64,000 nt of DNA from Naegleria gruberi (taxonomy: Eukaryota). Positions 11,438 to 22,300 of this stretch are shown here, piece after piece. Numbering within the stretch: position 1 is the stretch's first letter; the number at the start of each line of letters is the position of its first letter. The notes beneath the pieces are model-generated. The model saw nothing but the letters and a program-made list of their open reading frames with translations, did no database searches and was not told the origin of the DNA. A program made the position numbers and the translations under genes. The stretch is from NCBI GenBank assembly GCA_000004985.1, contig GG738908.1; one strand, 5' to 3'.

Positions 11438-12677
11438 CTTCAAAGAAAGCAAGAGCAATAAGCCAAATAAGGATGATTGTTTGAGTCTTTTTTCTAAGGA
11501 GATTTGTCAATACAATCCTAACAAGTCCGTTGCGAAGGTAACCTACTTACAATACTTTGTGAATTCAACACACAGAGAGAGTAATAAGCAACGAGTTGTG
11601 GATTCAACAAGAATGGAAGTAATTCTTTCCGTCTATATTTCTAGAGACCAACAAAATGGCAGGTGAATATTTGTGAATGGGTTTTAGGACTTGATTTTTT
11701 GGGTGTGGATCTTAATTAAGGAAGGCAGCCCGTACTTTTACAGTGTTGTGGAATTGAATCGAAGGTTGAGGATGCTCTCTATGGAATAAATTGTGCGGAT
11801 ACACAACAACAACAGCACAGTAAACACAACTAGATGATCACAGTTGTGTTTTTTAGCTTAGCTACTAGCCTGTAGATAGTCTTTTGGCGCACAAATGATG
11901 ACACTGCTGTAATGTGATAAATACTCTACTGTATAACCAACACACTGATTATCTTCTTATGATGATGACTGACGAGATATTTGATTACGGTTAAATATTC
12001 TTCTTTTTCTCTATGATGAATATTGGGAAGAAACAATTTTGAATCAAAAACTTCCAATATTTTAATGTATTGTATTAAAACAATGATGATGGACAAAAGA
12101 CCTTTTGATGATCAAAAAGCTAACCAGAATCACCACGACCAAAGTTTCTGTTGTAGAAGACGTGATAAAAGTTACCAAGGTGGGATGGTGTTGTTTTTTT
12201 CAATGTGGAAAGTTGAATGGCGGTAAACTTTCTTTTGGAAATGTCTGCACGTAAAAGTAAATCAAAAACAACCATAATATAAAGAGAGGGGGAACATTCT
12301 ATTGCCGGCAACACAATAGTGATGTCACCCTTTCAATTGGTGAATAATGTCTTTAATATATTGTAATGATCAAAGCTTTCTCTTTACAAAGTGGGAGAGA
12401 GAAGAACCCAATTATTTGATTATAATACAGGAAATAGTTATAGGAATGATGTTCAATGAAAATTGTGGAGTAAGCTGGTTTCAACTCGTGTGAAAAATCA
12501 AAGCACCGTTTGACTCAAAAGGGAGCACGAGTATGACAGACCAAAAAACAACATTATCCATATCAGTGGCCCAAATCAACAATTGGTTAAGAGGAATAAT
12601 TTCCAAAAGAACTTTATTAGACCGAGAGTTCTTTCAATATGTTACAACAATGAGAGTTCTAGGCAAGTGCTCTTACT

Positions 12678-14344
12678 TTAAATACCACCGGCAACTTCTA
12701 ACTCCTTAATTTTCTTATTATTCTTAATCTTCTTGACGTATTGTTTAAACTCTGAACTTTCCAAGAAGTTTTGGTAGGTACCATTTTCGTTAAGAACAAG
12801 TTTGAGTTTTTCAATGGCAATATCAAACAAATCAATTGGGACTTCATCATCATAAGTAATTTGATTGTATCTGTGAATAATTCTCTTCTTTACCTTACCA
12901 GCAATGTTAATTTCATTAAGAGCATCATCCTTGATATAATTTTCAATAATATTTGGAGCCATGTGAGATCTTTCATCAGGTGTAGCTCTCTTATAATTCA
13001 TAACATCCTCATAGAAAAGAATAGTTTCACTGCAAAGGGCTTTCAACAAGTACTTCTTAAATAATTCTCTGGTTACATCATTTTCAAGCATCTTTTCAAT
13101 ACTATTTGGAATTTCCATCTTTCCTAGTTCAGTCATACTCATACCTGTTTTCTTTCTGAGAGCATTATAAGCAAGTAGGAGAACTGGATAGTATAAACAA
13201 GTGGTATGAATTGCTTGAACCCAAATTTGGGCCATAACAACAAATGCAAATGAGAGATTTGTAAATGAAAGAACTGCAAGGAAAATAGTACCAATAATTG
13301 AAATGACAGTAGCAACTCTGATTTCAGTATTCAATGAATAGGAATCGTTAACTTCTCTCAACATGATAACTTCAATCAATAACATGATATCAACAATAAA
13401 CATTAAAGGAACAACAAGTCTAGGGTAGAGAATGTAGGTCATGATTGGATTGTTGGTTTCTCTTTCATTGATTTGACACAAAAAGTCATGAGGACATAAT
13501 CCTGGATAAGCCAAAGAAACTGGAAGCATCAATACAACGACAACAATTAGCATAATGACAAAGAATTTGACAAGATTGCTTTCTTCAGCTCTTCTCTTAT
13601 TGACATTGCTAGTGTTGGTTGCCTTTTGTTTTCTAATCATTTCAGAGACTTCTGTGGCATCAATCAATGTTGGCACATCTTCAACATCAAGAACTGAAAT
13701 TTGATCAGTTTGTAAATCATCTTGATTATTATGACGCCAACCTCTTGTGCTCGTTGATGGTTTTTGTGGTTGTGATGGTGGAGCAGTACTTTCTCCGAGA
13801 CCATCTTCAATGGCTTCACCTTGTTGTTTTGCCTTGTTTTGCAATTTTCTATTCAAGTTTCTTGCATTTCTCCTTTCCTTTGAAATTTCTTCTTGTTTCT
13901 TTTGTTCTGCAATCATCCTGAAGATTAGTTTCGAATAACAACATTGTCATTGAGAATAATTTCCAACACAAGACATTAAAACAATGATGACATTCAAGGT
14001 AAATTATTTCGGTTAATTAATACTTACTTTGAATTCCAGTGGTAGATAAAGTAAATTCTCCAAGCTCTCAACAGCAATGGAGCCCACAGAACATAAAAAC
14101 TTATGTTAGCAACAAGAACAATTAAACTACATGGTGTTTCCGGAATGCTATATGATAGAGTGTAGGCACCTAAATATATGGAAGCACCTATTGATGACAA
14201 GGATGATAGAACAGGAGCTCTTGCACGCATAGACTGATTGTTTCTGAATACAACAATCACAATAGCACAAGCAATACACAACAGAAATTGTAGACACCAC
14301 AATACTATGAAAAGTATTTCAGAGCCTTGTATGCTAAATGTCAT
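12678..14344 (-). CDS. Seven-transmembrane protein with a C-terminal RGS (regulator of G-protein signalling) domain, ~518 aa. Two exons: 14028-14344 and 12678-13917.
   Basis: ATG at 14344. Exon 1 encodes three hydrophobic helices. A 110-nt intron (gtaagt...tcttcag) joins in frame (...YHWNSK|MIAEQKK...). Exon 2 has a long Lys/Gln-rich loop, then four more helices. The RGS-like C-terminus reads SIEKMLENDVTRELFKKYLLKALCSETILFYEDVMNYKR...IIENYIKDDALNEINI. Exon lengths 317+1240 = 1557 nt. Confidence 0.65.
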
Positions 14345-14669
14345 TTTGAAAAAGTTAAAAAGTTAGTGATGAGAGGTTATTAATAATATTGAATAGAATA
14401 AGAATTATTATTTCAAGAAGAGGAATGGAAAGGCTTGTCTCTCAAATTCCACGTTTGACGAATGGTCTTGTTGTGATGGTTTTAGCTTTGTTTTTTTCTC
14501 TTTAGACTTCTCTTCCATCAACACAAAACGTTCACATCATTGTTGCCTCCAAATAAAATCCGGATATTCTACTGATAATAGGCAAGAGAAGAGCCTTCAT
14601 TGTTTGGGGTGAACTAAACGATTTTTGTAACATGTGAACGAAAATTGTCCAACAGTTTTTTTCTTGGGT

Positions 14670-16487
14670 TCAAATAGAGCTGTTGACGTTTGAAGTTGTT
14701 CTTGCTACACATGCAGCACCAATAAAATATTTTGCCAATTCTTTGGCATTACTGTCTGCCATTTCTCTCTTCACAATAGGACTTATTGAGGGTTGTTTAG
14801 GTGGTGAGGCAATAATTTCTTCTTCTTCTTTGCTAGAGAGATTATCTTGCTTTGCTTCTTTTTCTGGAGTTTTGTGTGAAATCGAGGTTTTGTTTTCTTG
14901 TTTTACCTTCTTGTTGGAAGAGGGTTTAGTGGAAGATGAGGATGATTGAGATTTAGATGATGAAGGTGTTGATTTGGAGGATCTGGTTACTCTCTTAGTA
15001 ATCTTTACTTCCTCTTCGCTTCCAGAACTTTCGGAAGAAAGTTCTACTTCCTCTTCACTTTCAGAGCTTTCTACCTTTGTTTCTTTTTTTACAGAGGGTC
15101 TTCCACGTTTTCTGGCTGGTTCTTGTTTTGTTGTGATGACTTCCTCTTTCTTCGCCTTAACCTTAGAGAGTTGCTTCTTTATATCTGCTTTGTCTGAAGC
15201 CATCATTATAAACTGTTCCAATGCATTTTTACCATCATATTTGCATTCAGATAGAGAAATTCCACTTTTTTTAGTGCATAGTGGAGAATCACATGAATAT
15301 CTACAGTGAGTACAAACCCAACCTCCATTGTAAAGGTAATGATCAAAATCTCCTAACTCTTTTTTTTCAAAGCAATCCTTGCATGTAGTAACCATACATG
15401 GCAATCTTTGAGTAAATTGGAAGTTTGGATCTGGTTTGCTAATATTGTGTTTTTCATAGAATTCTCTCTTGTTACTAATCTTTGAAATGTCACATATCAT
15501 TCTACAACCCTGTTTTGTTCTGCAAAAATGGCAGTAGAATGTAACAAAACCATATTCTCGTATTGTTTGAGTGAACAATATATCAATAATAAATTCTTCT
15601 TTCTTGGTATTCAATGCATTGATAGAACAAGTTAAGAAACAGGTTTGTTTGATTTTGTTCCTGTCTTCATTGAAAAATTCTGGAAAATCTTCCATAAGGT
15701 TTGTTATTTCCACTGGTAAATCATCCATATCCTCAAGTTCTGGTATGATATCAGTTAAATTTATAATCAGACGTTTGCTTAATTTTTTTACAGGGAATTT
15801 TCTTCCTCCTATCATAACACAGTTTGTAGAATCAATATGTAGGACGGTCACTCCTTTTTTTCTTGGTTTTCTACTTCTCTTTGCAGGCTTCTTTACCTCT
15901 TCTTCATTGATTTCAGTTTCCCCTGTGTTTTCTTCATTGATTTCTTCAGTCCTTACCACTTCCTCGTTTATAATTGGATCAATTGGTTTCTCCTCCTGTT
16001 CTTCTATTAATTCCTTCTGTTCTTCCTTTTTTTCTTCCTCAACTGCAGTTTCACAAATAGCAGGTATTGGTGGAGCTTCATGCATTGGATCCTTTATATT
16101 CGGTGAATCGACATTATCACTAGTTACATCCATCATGAGTTGGGTTGCATTCTCCACAGAATCACTGGTAAATGAAGTATTCATCAAGCTTGGGGAATCT
16201 TGTGATTGAACATTCTTAAAAAATCTTCTCTTCTTTTTCGGAGATGTTACCACTTGAACACTACCACCACTATCATTATCATGATGATTTGTTGGTGATG
16301 TTGGCTCATCTATTGGTGGAGGTGGGTTGATTTGATGATCATTAACTTGACTTGATTCTTTATCAATATTAATACTACTAGAAGAAGAGGTTGATGTTTC
16401 CGTTGAATAAGATTCCAATGATGATGATAACTGTGATTCTTCCAAAGCACCAGAGCGACGAATAAACCTTCTAGGTTTGTGAGACAT
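14670..16487 (-). CDS. Acidic, Lys/Ser-rich protein with a Cys/His-rich zinc-finger-like module, probably nuclear (605 aa).
   Basis: ATG at 16487. The Cys cluster is CHFCRTKQGCRMICD...CMVTTCKDCFEKK...WVCTHCRYSCDSPLC. It has long EEK/KKE and Ser runs. No specific family was recognised. Confidence 0.5.
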   Translation of the reverse strand: MSHKPRRFIRRSGALEESQLSSSLESYSTETSTSSSSSINIDKESSQVNDHQINPPPPIDEPTSPTNHHDNDSGGSVQVVTSPKKKRRFFKNVQSQDSPSLMNTSFTSDSVENATQLMMDVTSDNVDSPNIKDPMHEAPPIPAICETAVEEEKKEEQKELIEEQEEKPIDPIINEEVVRTEEINEENTGETEINEEEVKKPAKRSRKPRKKGVTVLHIDSTNCVMIGGRKFPVKKLSKRLIINLTDIIPELEDMDDLPVEITNLMEDFPEFFNEDRNKIKQTCFLTCSINALNTKKEEFIIDILFTQTIREYGFVTFYCHFCRTKQGCRMICDISKISNKREFYEKHNISKPDPNFQFTQRLPCMVTTCKDCFEKKELGDFDHYLYNGGWVCTHCRYSCDSPLCTKKSGISLSECKYDGKNALEQFIMMASDKADIKKQLSKVKAKKEEVITTKQEPARKRGRPSVKKETKVESSESEEEVELSSESSGSEEEVKITKRVTRSSKSTPSSSKSQSSSSSTKPSSNKKVKQENKTSISHKTPEKEAKQDNLSSKEEEEIIASPPKQPSISPIVKREMADSNAKELAKYFIGAACVARTTSNVNSSI

Positions 16488-16574
16488 TTTTTTTAATAAA
16501 TTATTTTACATTTTTAAATATTATTTATTTAAATATATTTATTATAATATTTAATTATATACTAAATGTTATTA

Positions 16575-19025
16575 CTATTTCAAATGATGAAGAAGTGCCT
16601 CACATCTTGTATGAATTTCTTCAATAGAGGGACAATTACTTTCATCAACCCCAAACTTTTCTCTATAGAGTTTGAGTTTTTCCTCAAAAGTTTCATTCTT
16701 AAATTTATCAACCATACCTTTCAAAGTTTTCTTATTCTTCTTTACATAATTATCAAATAGTTCCTTAACTTTCTTTCCAGGAGATTTTACAAAGAGAAGT
16801 TCAGTAAATTTACTCTTCTTTGCTGTAGGAATTGTTTGACGATTTTCATCCAAATCTATACCAAATGCTTCATTAGAATCCAAATTAACGATCACATTAT
16901 TCAAGTGAACATCTCCAATTCCTAAAATATATCTTCCAATAAAATCTGTTGAAATTGATTCATAAATTTTTGATGAAATATCTTCTTGAGTTTTGAAGTA
17001 TTCTGTTGCAAGTGAAATTCCAAGACATTTCCTATCTTTAACAATATTGTGCTTATTGAGATTCTCTCCCTTATCCTTAATATCAGAATCAGTCATATCA
17101 GAACCAATTCTAATATATCTGAGATAGTAGTTCGAATCACTTTCGAATTTCACAACTGTTGGAATTAAAATATTACTCAAACCAATCTCAGTATTCAATA
17201 AATTTGTTCTAAATTGAATTTTCCTAATATTGACCATATCTTTTTCATTTGTTTGGCTATAAGGTCCTTTGAATACATATTCACTAGTAATGTAAACCTT
17301 CTTCTTTGAACTACTTGTAGGAGTTTGACCAATAGGACATTCGAGAATATTCTCACAAAGTTCTGTATCTAATAATTCAAAATCAGAAATCATTTCAATT
17401 TTTGTTTTCTTCTTGATTCTCAGTTTTGGAGTTGATTTTCTCTTTTTTGATTCCACTTTCTCTTCTTCATCACTTGAATCCTCTTCTTCATCACTATCTT
17501 CTTCCTCTTCTTGTTCAAAGTTTTTCACCCATTTTTTGTAAACATCTGGATAAATGCTATTAGTTCTAGCCTTTTTTGTTGTATTCTTTTCTTCCAGATT
17601 CATGTAAATTTTGTAAGCTTCATCCATATATATATTGTCAATGTTCAAAACTAAACTCTCATCTAATTTTAATCCTTCATCAAGAAAATGTGACATTTGA
17701 GTAGGAAGTCCCTCTTTCTGATTCTTAAATCTCTTAATAACATTTGGATGTGATTTGTTGAGCTCGTCTTCACCCCATTCTGAAATATCAATCTTCTTAT
17801 TCTTACAATATTTCTTCAAAGTTGTTCTTGTATCCTTCCCTTTACCAGCATGAGTGTGTTTATCAAAGTAAACATCTAACATTGTCATTTCTCTTCTTTT
17901 TGATAATAATGAAGCATCTGGCTTTTCTACAACATTGGAATATAATCTTTCCATAGAATCCTTAATAGATTCTTCATCAGTAATTTCATCATAATCAATA
18001 TTCTCCCATTCATCATCAATTTGTAACATTTGAGACCTCACTGCATACAGTATACCACACTGGACATTAAGTTTGAGCGATCCAACTCCCAAACAAATAA
18101 TTTCCATCAATGATAATATATTCAAAAGTCTCATTTCCTTATTATTAACTTCCATTTTCAATAATTTACCCAATATGAAATGGAACAAACAAATTAATAA
18201 TCTTGACTGATGCTTAGAAGTGTCGTCCATACTATATATACAATATTTCTTTACAAAATTAATACAATCATCCCTCTTCTCTTTTTTGAGATATTCCAAT
18301 ACTGACCTCACCATCTTTTGCTTATTATTTTCTACTTTCTTCTTTTCAATTTCTTCCATCATTATTATACAATGTGTTAATTGCAACAATTCAATTTCAC
18401 TTTTCTTTACAGTTTCAAGTTTTTCATTTGTTTTTCCATTTTCCAAATAATCATTCCAATTTGTAAATGTTTCATCAAATACTTTTTCAAAATTCTTTAA
18501 AATCAATTCAGCATCCATTCCTTTTGTTTCATTAATATTATGAACCCATTTCAAATTATTAGAAATCTTTCCATCATTTTCCAATTCTGTAAATTCACTA
18601 TTCAAAGCAACAATACTTCCCATAGCAGCAATTCTAGATTTCAAAGTCCTACAAACAGACAAAGCACCACCAACCAGCATTTTCCTACTCTTTTCTGATT
18701 CCTTCCAAGCAGTACTAGTTTTGTTTTTACATTCCTTCTTTACATGTTTCTTCCAATCAACGTATAATTCTAATAATTGAATTGGTAACTCCAAGCTTCC
18801 GAAACAATCTTCGCATGCATAAGTAAACAAATCTTCGAATGTACCATTTCCATAACCAGAAACATCCTGTTCAATCGTATAAAACAAGACATCATTCGAA
18901 AGGTTTCTTCTACATGCTTTTTGAATAGAACTAACGCAAGCACTATATTCATACAAGTGTTTAGTGTGAGAGATTCCTAAAGGCATTTTTTTATGTTGTA
19001 AATTGTTAACAAATGCACTTATCAT
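16575..19025 (-). CDS. Atypical kinase-like protein with a PI3K/PI4K-like catalytic-loop motif (816 aa).
   Basis: ATG at 19025. A C-terminal segment (ILGIGDVHLNNVIVNLDSNEAFGIDLDE) resembles the GIGDRHxxN...IDFG catalytic and activation loops of PI3/PI4-kinase-like and actin-fragmin-kinase-like folds. There is a central acidic tract (EEEEDSDEEEDSSDEEE). Confidence 0.45.
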   Translation of the reverse strand: MISAFVNNLQHKKMPLGISHTKHLYEYSACVSSIQKACRRNLSNDVLFYTIEQDVSGYGNGTFEDLFTYACEDCFGSLELPIQLLELYVDWKKHVKKECKNKTSTAWKESEKSRKMLVGGALSVCRTLKSRIAAMGSIVALNSEFTELENDGKISNNLKWVHNINETKGMDAELILKNFEKVFDETFTNWNDYLENGKTNEKLETVKKSEIELLQLTHCIIMMEEIEKKKVENNKQKMVRSVLEYLKKEKRDDCINFVKKYCIYSMDDTSKHQSRLLICLFHFILGKLLKMEVNNKEMRLLNILSLMEIICLGVGSLKLNVQCGILYAVRSQMLQIDDEWENIDYDEITDEESIKDSMERLYSNVVEKPDASLLSKRREMTMLDVYFDKHTHAGKGKDTRTTLKKYCKNKKIDISEWGEDELNKSHPNVIKRFKNQKEGLPTQMSHFLDEGLKLDESLVLNIDNIYMDEAYKIYMNLEEKNTTKKARTNSIYPDVYKKWVKNFEQEEEEDSDEEEDSSDEEEKVESKKRKSTPKLRIKKKTKIEMISDFELLDTELCENILECPIGQTPTSSSKKKVYITSEYVFKGPYSQTNEKDMVNIRKIQFRTNLLNTEIGLSNILIPTVVKFESDSNYYLRYIRIGSDMTDSDIKDKGENLNKHNIVKDRKCLGISLATEYFKTQEDISSKIYESISTDFIGRYILGIGDVHLNNVIVNLDSNEAFGIDLDENRQTIPTAKKSKFTELLFVKSPGKKVKELFDNYVKKNKKTLKGMVDKFKNETFEEKLKLYREKFGVDESNCPSIEEIHTRCEALLHHLK

Positions 19026-19365
19026 TCTATTAATAGGGTTTTCAAACAGTTCGAATGTTGGCTCGAAGTGAAATCAATGAAAAACAAATAGTTCACCAAA
19101 TTATTTGACCTTATTTTTGGAATAGTGACTTTCTTTGAAACATGATTATTCAAGTTTGATTTTCAATACTAATCTTTAATCTGCTTCTAGCTTTGATTTT
19201 TTCCCGCCTTTAATCAAAAAAAATACTAATACCATCATTACCAGTAATATTAATCATAGGATCAGAAAATAATTTTAGTATCGTGAATGAAATGTAGATG
19301 AAATTGAAGAAGAAGGCTAACATACACGTTCCTTTTAACAATATTTTGTAATTTATGTACAGGAA

Positions 19366-22300
19366 TTAAATTGTTGTTGGATTATCAAAATGAACATCAA
19401 TAACATCAATAGTAGAGAAGGTCTTCATGGCAATGCTATATGGCTGTCTGTGGCCTATGGTCGGAGTTGTAGAATCACGATGTTCAAATCTAAAAGCATT
19501 TTGAGAAGAATTTGATTGTAATGTGGAGGAAGTCACAACTCTTTCGTATTGAGGATTAGGAGGAGCCTCCTTGTTGGTTTCCTTTGCATTATCCCTCTTT
19601 CTCTTTTCTCTCACTATAATACAGCCAACAGTTATTGGAATAGCGATGAAACAACCACAACAGATAAATATTGGAATCAAGATTACAGCAGCTGCTCCAC
19701 TACTGTCATTGCTAAGTGGTGCGTTAATGTCATTTGGAAGAGTTTGTTCAAGGTAATCAGCAGTTATTCCAACCATTGAATTGTTCATGAGGTTGGAAAG
19801 AGAGGATAAATCACACAAACAATGGACAATGAGAGTTTGTTCACTTGCTTTGATATCTGTCAATAATTGGAAAGATGTCTTGACAAATTTACAACTTGAT
19901 TCAGTTTCAAAATTTGTAAAATCAAGAGTCAAACTGCATCTGAATGTTTGATTGGTTCTTGAACTGATTGGTGCAATATAGGATGGAATTGGAATATTGA
20001 TATGAACACTTCCTGTCAATGAATTTGAAATGTTCAATTGTGAAACATATTCCTTTTTTACATCTTCAACTTTTCTTGATAATTTGGTTGGGAATTTGAA
20101 TAATGAATTTGCAATATTGACCATTTGAATGGTGGAAATCATGGAAACACTAAAAGAGACCAATGAACTATTAGAATTGGAGAAGGAAAAACTATTTGAG
20201 TTCAGTGCTGAAATAGATGTTTTTACAGCATTAATAGAAACCAAATTGGATGGTTTTTCACCTGGGAAAAAGTCTAAAGTTGTCAATTCTGTTTTAGTAC
20301 CCAAAGAAATAGCAGCATTCACAATTGAAGATGCCAATTTGATGGTTGATGTTTCTGGAATCTTTGATGCGACATTTACCAAAATTTCAGAAAGTGAATT
20401 TGAAGAATCTGATGACCAAACAGCTGCCTTACTTGAAATATCAACAAACTTGTTAATCATGTCAACAGTTTTCGATGTAGTTTCTTCTGTTAAGAATTGA
20501 GGTTTTGAAAGTACTTTGACTTGGTTCATGTAATTGGACATGTCTTCAGAAGTGACTGAATTTTGTGCAAGATTTGTATCTAATTGAGTAGAAAGAGATG
20601 TTGCTGTTGCATTTAAGGCGAGTGGAATAATTTTAGAAATTTCACTAATGACAGAATTATTTTGGGCCACTGTACCGATATTAGAAACAATTGAAATAAC
20701 CAAATCATTGCTCTTATGGAAATCATTTGTTGGACTTGATAACGAGTTTGAAAGAGAGGAAACTACATCATTTGTGAACAAACTATTGGTACTGAACTCG
20801 ATGACGTTTGTCAACTTGATAGGCATTGTTAGTTTACCACCAGTTTTGGTGTCTGAAAAGAGAATTTTGAAATTTGAACCAAATTTTGTAGTCTTGAAGG
20901 ATATTGGGAAGGATACCGATGTTGCAACGATACTATCTTCATTAAGAAGTGTCATACTAATGGTAGAGAGTGGATTTCCCATGGTACAAGAAAGCTTTCC
21001 AATTGTAAAACCAACTTCAAGTTTAGAAGGAGTGATGGTACAATCTTTGAGTTTGATTTGATCAGATAGAGAATCTTGTACAGTGACTGGAACTGTAACA
21101 TCTGTAACGTCGCTGGTTCCCATCAAGGAGAGGGTAAAGTATTTACCAACATTTTGAATTGTTGAATCTTTGGATTTGAGTTTTCCGTTTTTATATTGCA
21201 ATGGGAGTAAGTATCTCGTACCACTAACAAAAATTGAAGCTAATGGATATCTTTCAAATTGTGAACCAATGTAACGAATATCAACTTGGCAATTAGAAGC
21301 TTGGGATGTCAAAATATCCAAAAAGTAAGTTGTAGATTCTTCCAAGGATGGAATAACATTATTAACTTTCATACCAGTTAAAGTTGCTCCAAGTACGTTG
21401 CATGATGATACATCTATGCGAGTATCAGGGATGAATGAAACCACTTGGGTGGATTTTCCAATGACAACTGGTTGATTTTCAGAATTGGTCATGAGGTTCA
21501 ATAAATCAGGGGCTGGTGCTACTGAATAATAATATGATTGGAGACATGCAACTGTAAAGGTATGATCAATGGTCATATTAAAATCAGGGTAAATTGTATT
21601 CACTGGTACTGAAACAGTTGCAGAGGAAGTCTCTAAACTAATCTTCCTGTACACGTGATTATTTTCCAACAGCAGGAAAACAATTGATTTTTGTAAAGAC
21701 TCTGCACCATAATAATTCTTGCAAGTGAGTGTAATACTAGGAATTCTGGATGGCTTATACACAATCAGTGATTCCTTGATCAAAACAGTTGGAGCAATCA
21801 TTTGTAATTGGAATGGAAGTGTTGTACCATCAATAAGTTCTATTGTGAATGACAAATTCTCACTGAATGTTTTTGGTTTGATAACAATTGCTTTTTCAGT
21901 TGTTTCCCAATTAAAATAATAAGTTGGATAGGTAGAATGGACTTGGAAGGAAACAGTTCTGGCGTCGACACATTCTTGATTCTCAGCGAAGAATTGGGCA
22001 AGGGGTATTGTTGCTTGCGTAGAGGTCATTACAATCTTGGTTGTTGGAACTTTGAGTAGTAATTTTGGATAGGATCCTTCGATTGGGAACGAAAGGTTTT
22101 TGGTGTATGTTAAACCAAAATTAGAAATCACACTGACAGACATGTCAATAGTAGAAAGCTTTAAAATATCTGAAACATATGGGAAAGTCCATTCCAATTG
22201 ATTTTGGGAATTTTGAATGGCATCACTCACTAATTTGTTAGACATTAAGGCAACTGAATTTCCTGTCAATTCCCAAGTCATTGCTTGGAAATTTCCATGT

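Noticed and set aside
12023-12314. Track ORFs 12023-12226(+) and 12120-12314(-) in the 11.46-12.68 kb intergenic block.
   Set aside because: They are short and mutually overlapping on opposite strands. They have no coding periodicity or start context. The region is more likely UTR, promoter and possible small-RNA sequence.
20129-20500. Track ORFs 20129-20500(+) and 31493-31888(-), whose peptides (MVEIMETLKETNELLELEKEKLFEF...) are ~90% identical to each other.
   Set aside because: They are antisense shadow frames of the gene-converted arms of paralogs A and B. Their mutual similarity just mirrors the DNA inverted repeat. They are not a conserved small protein.
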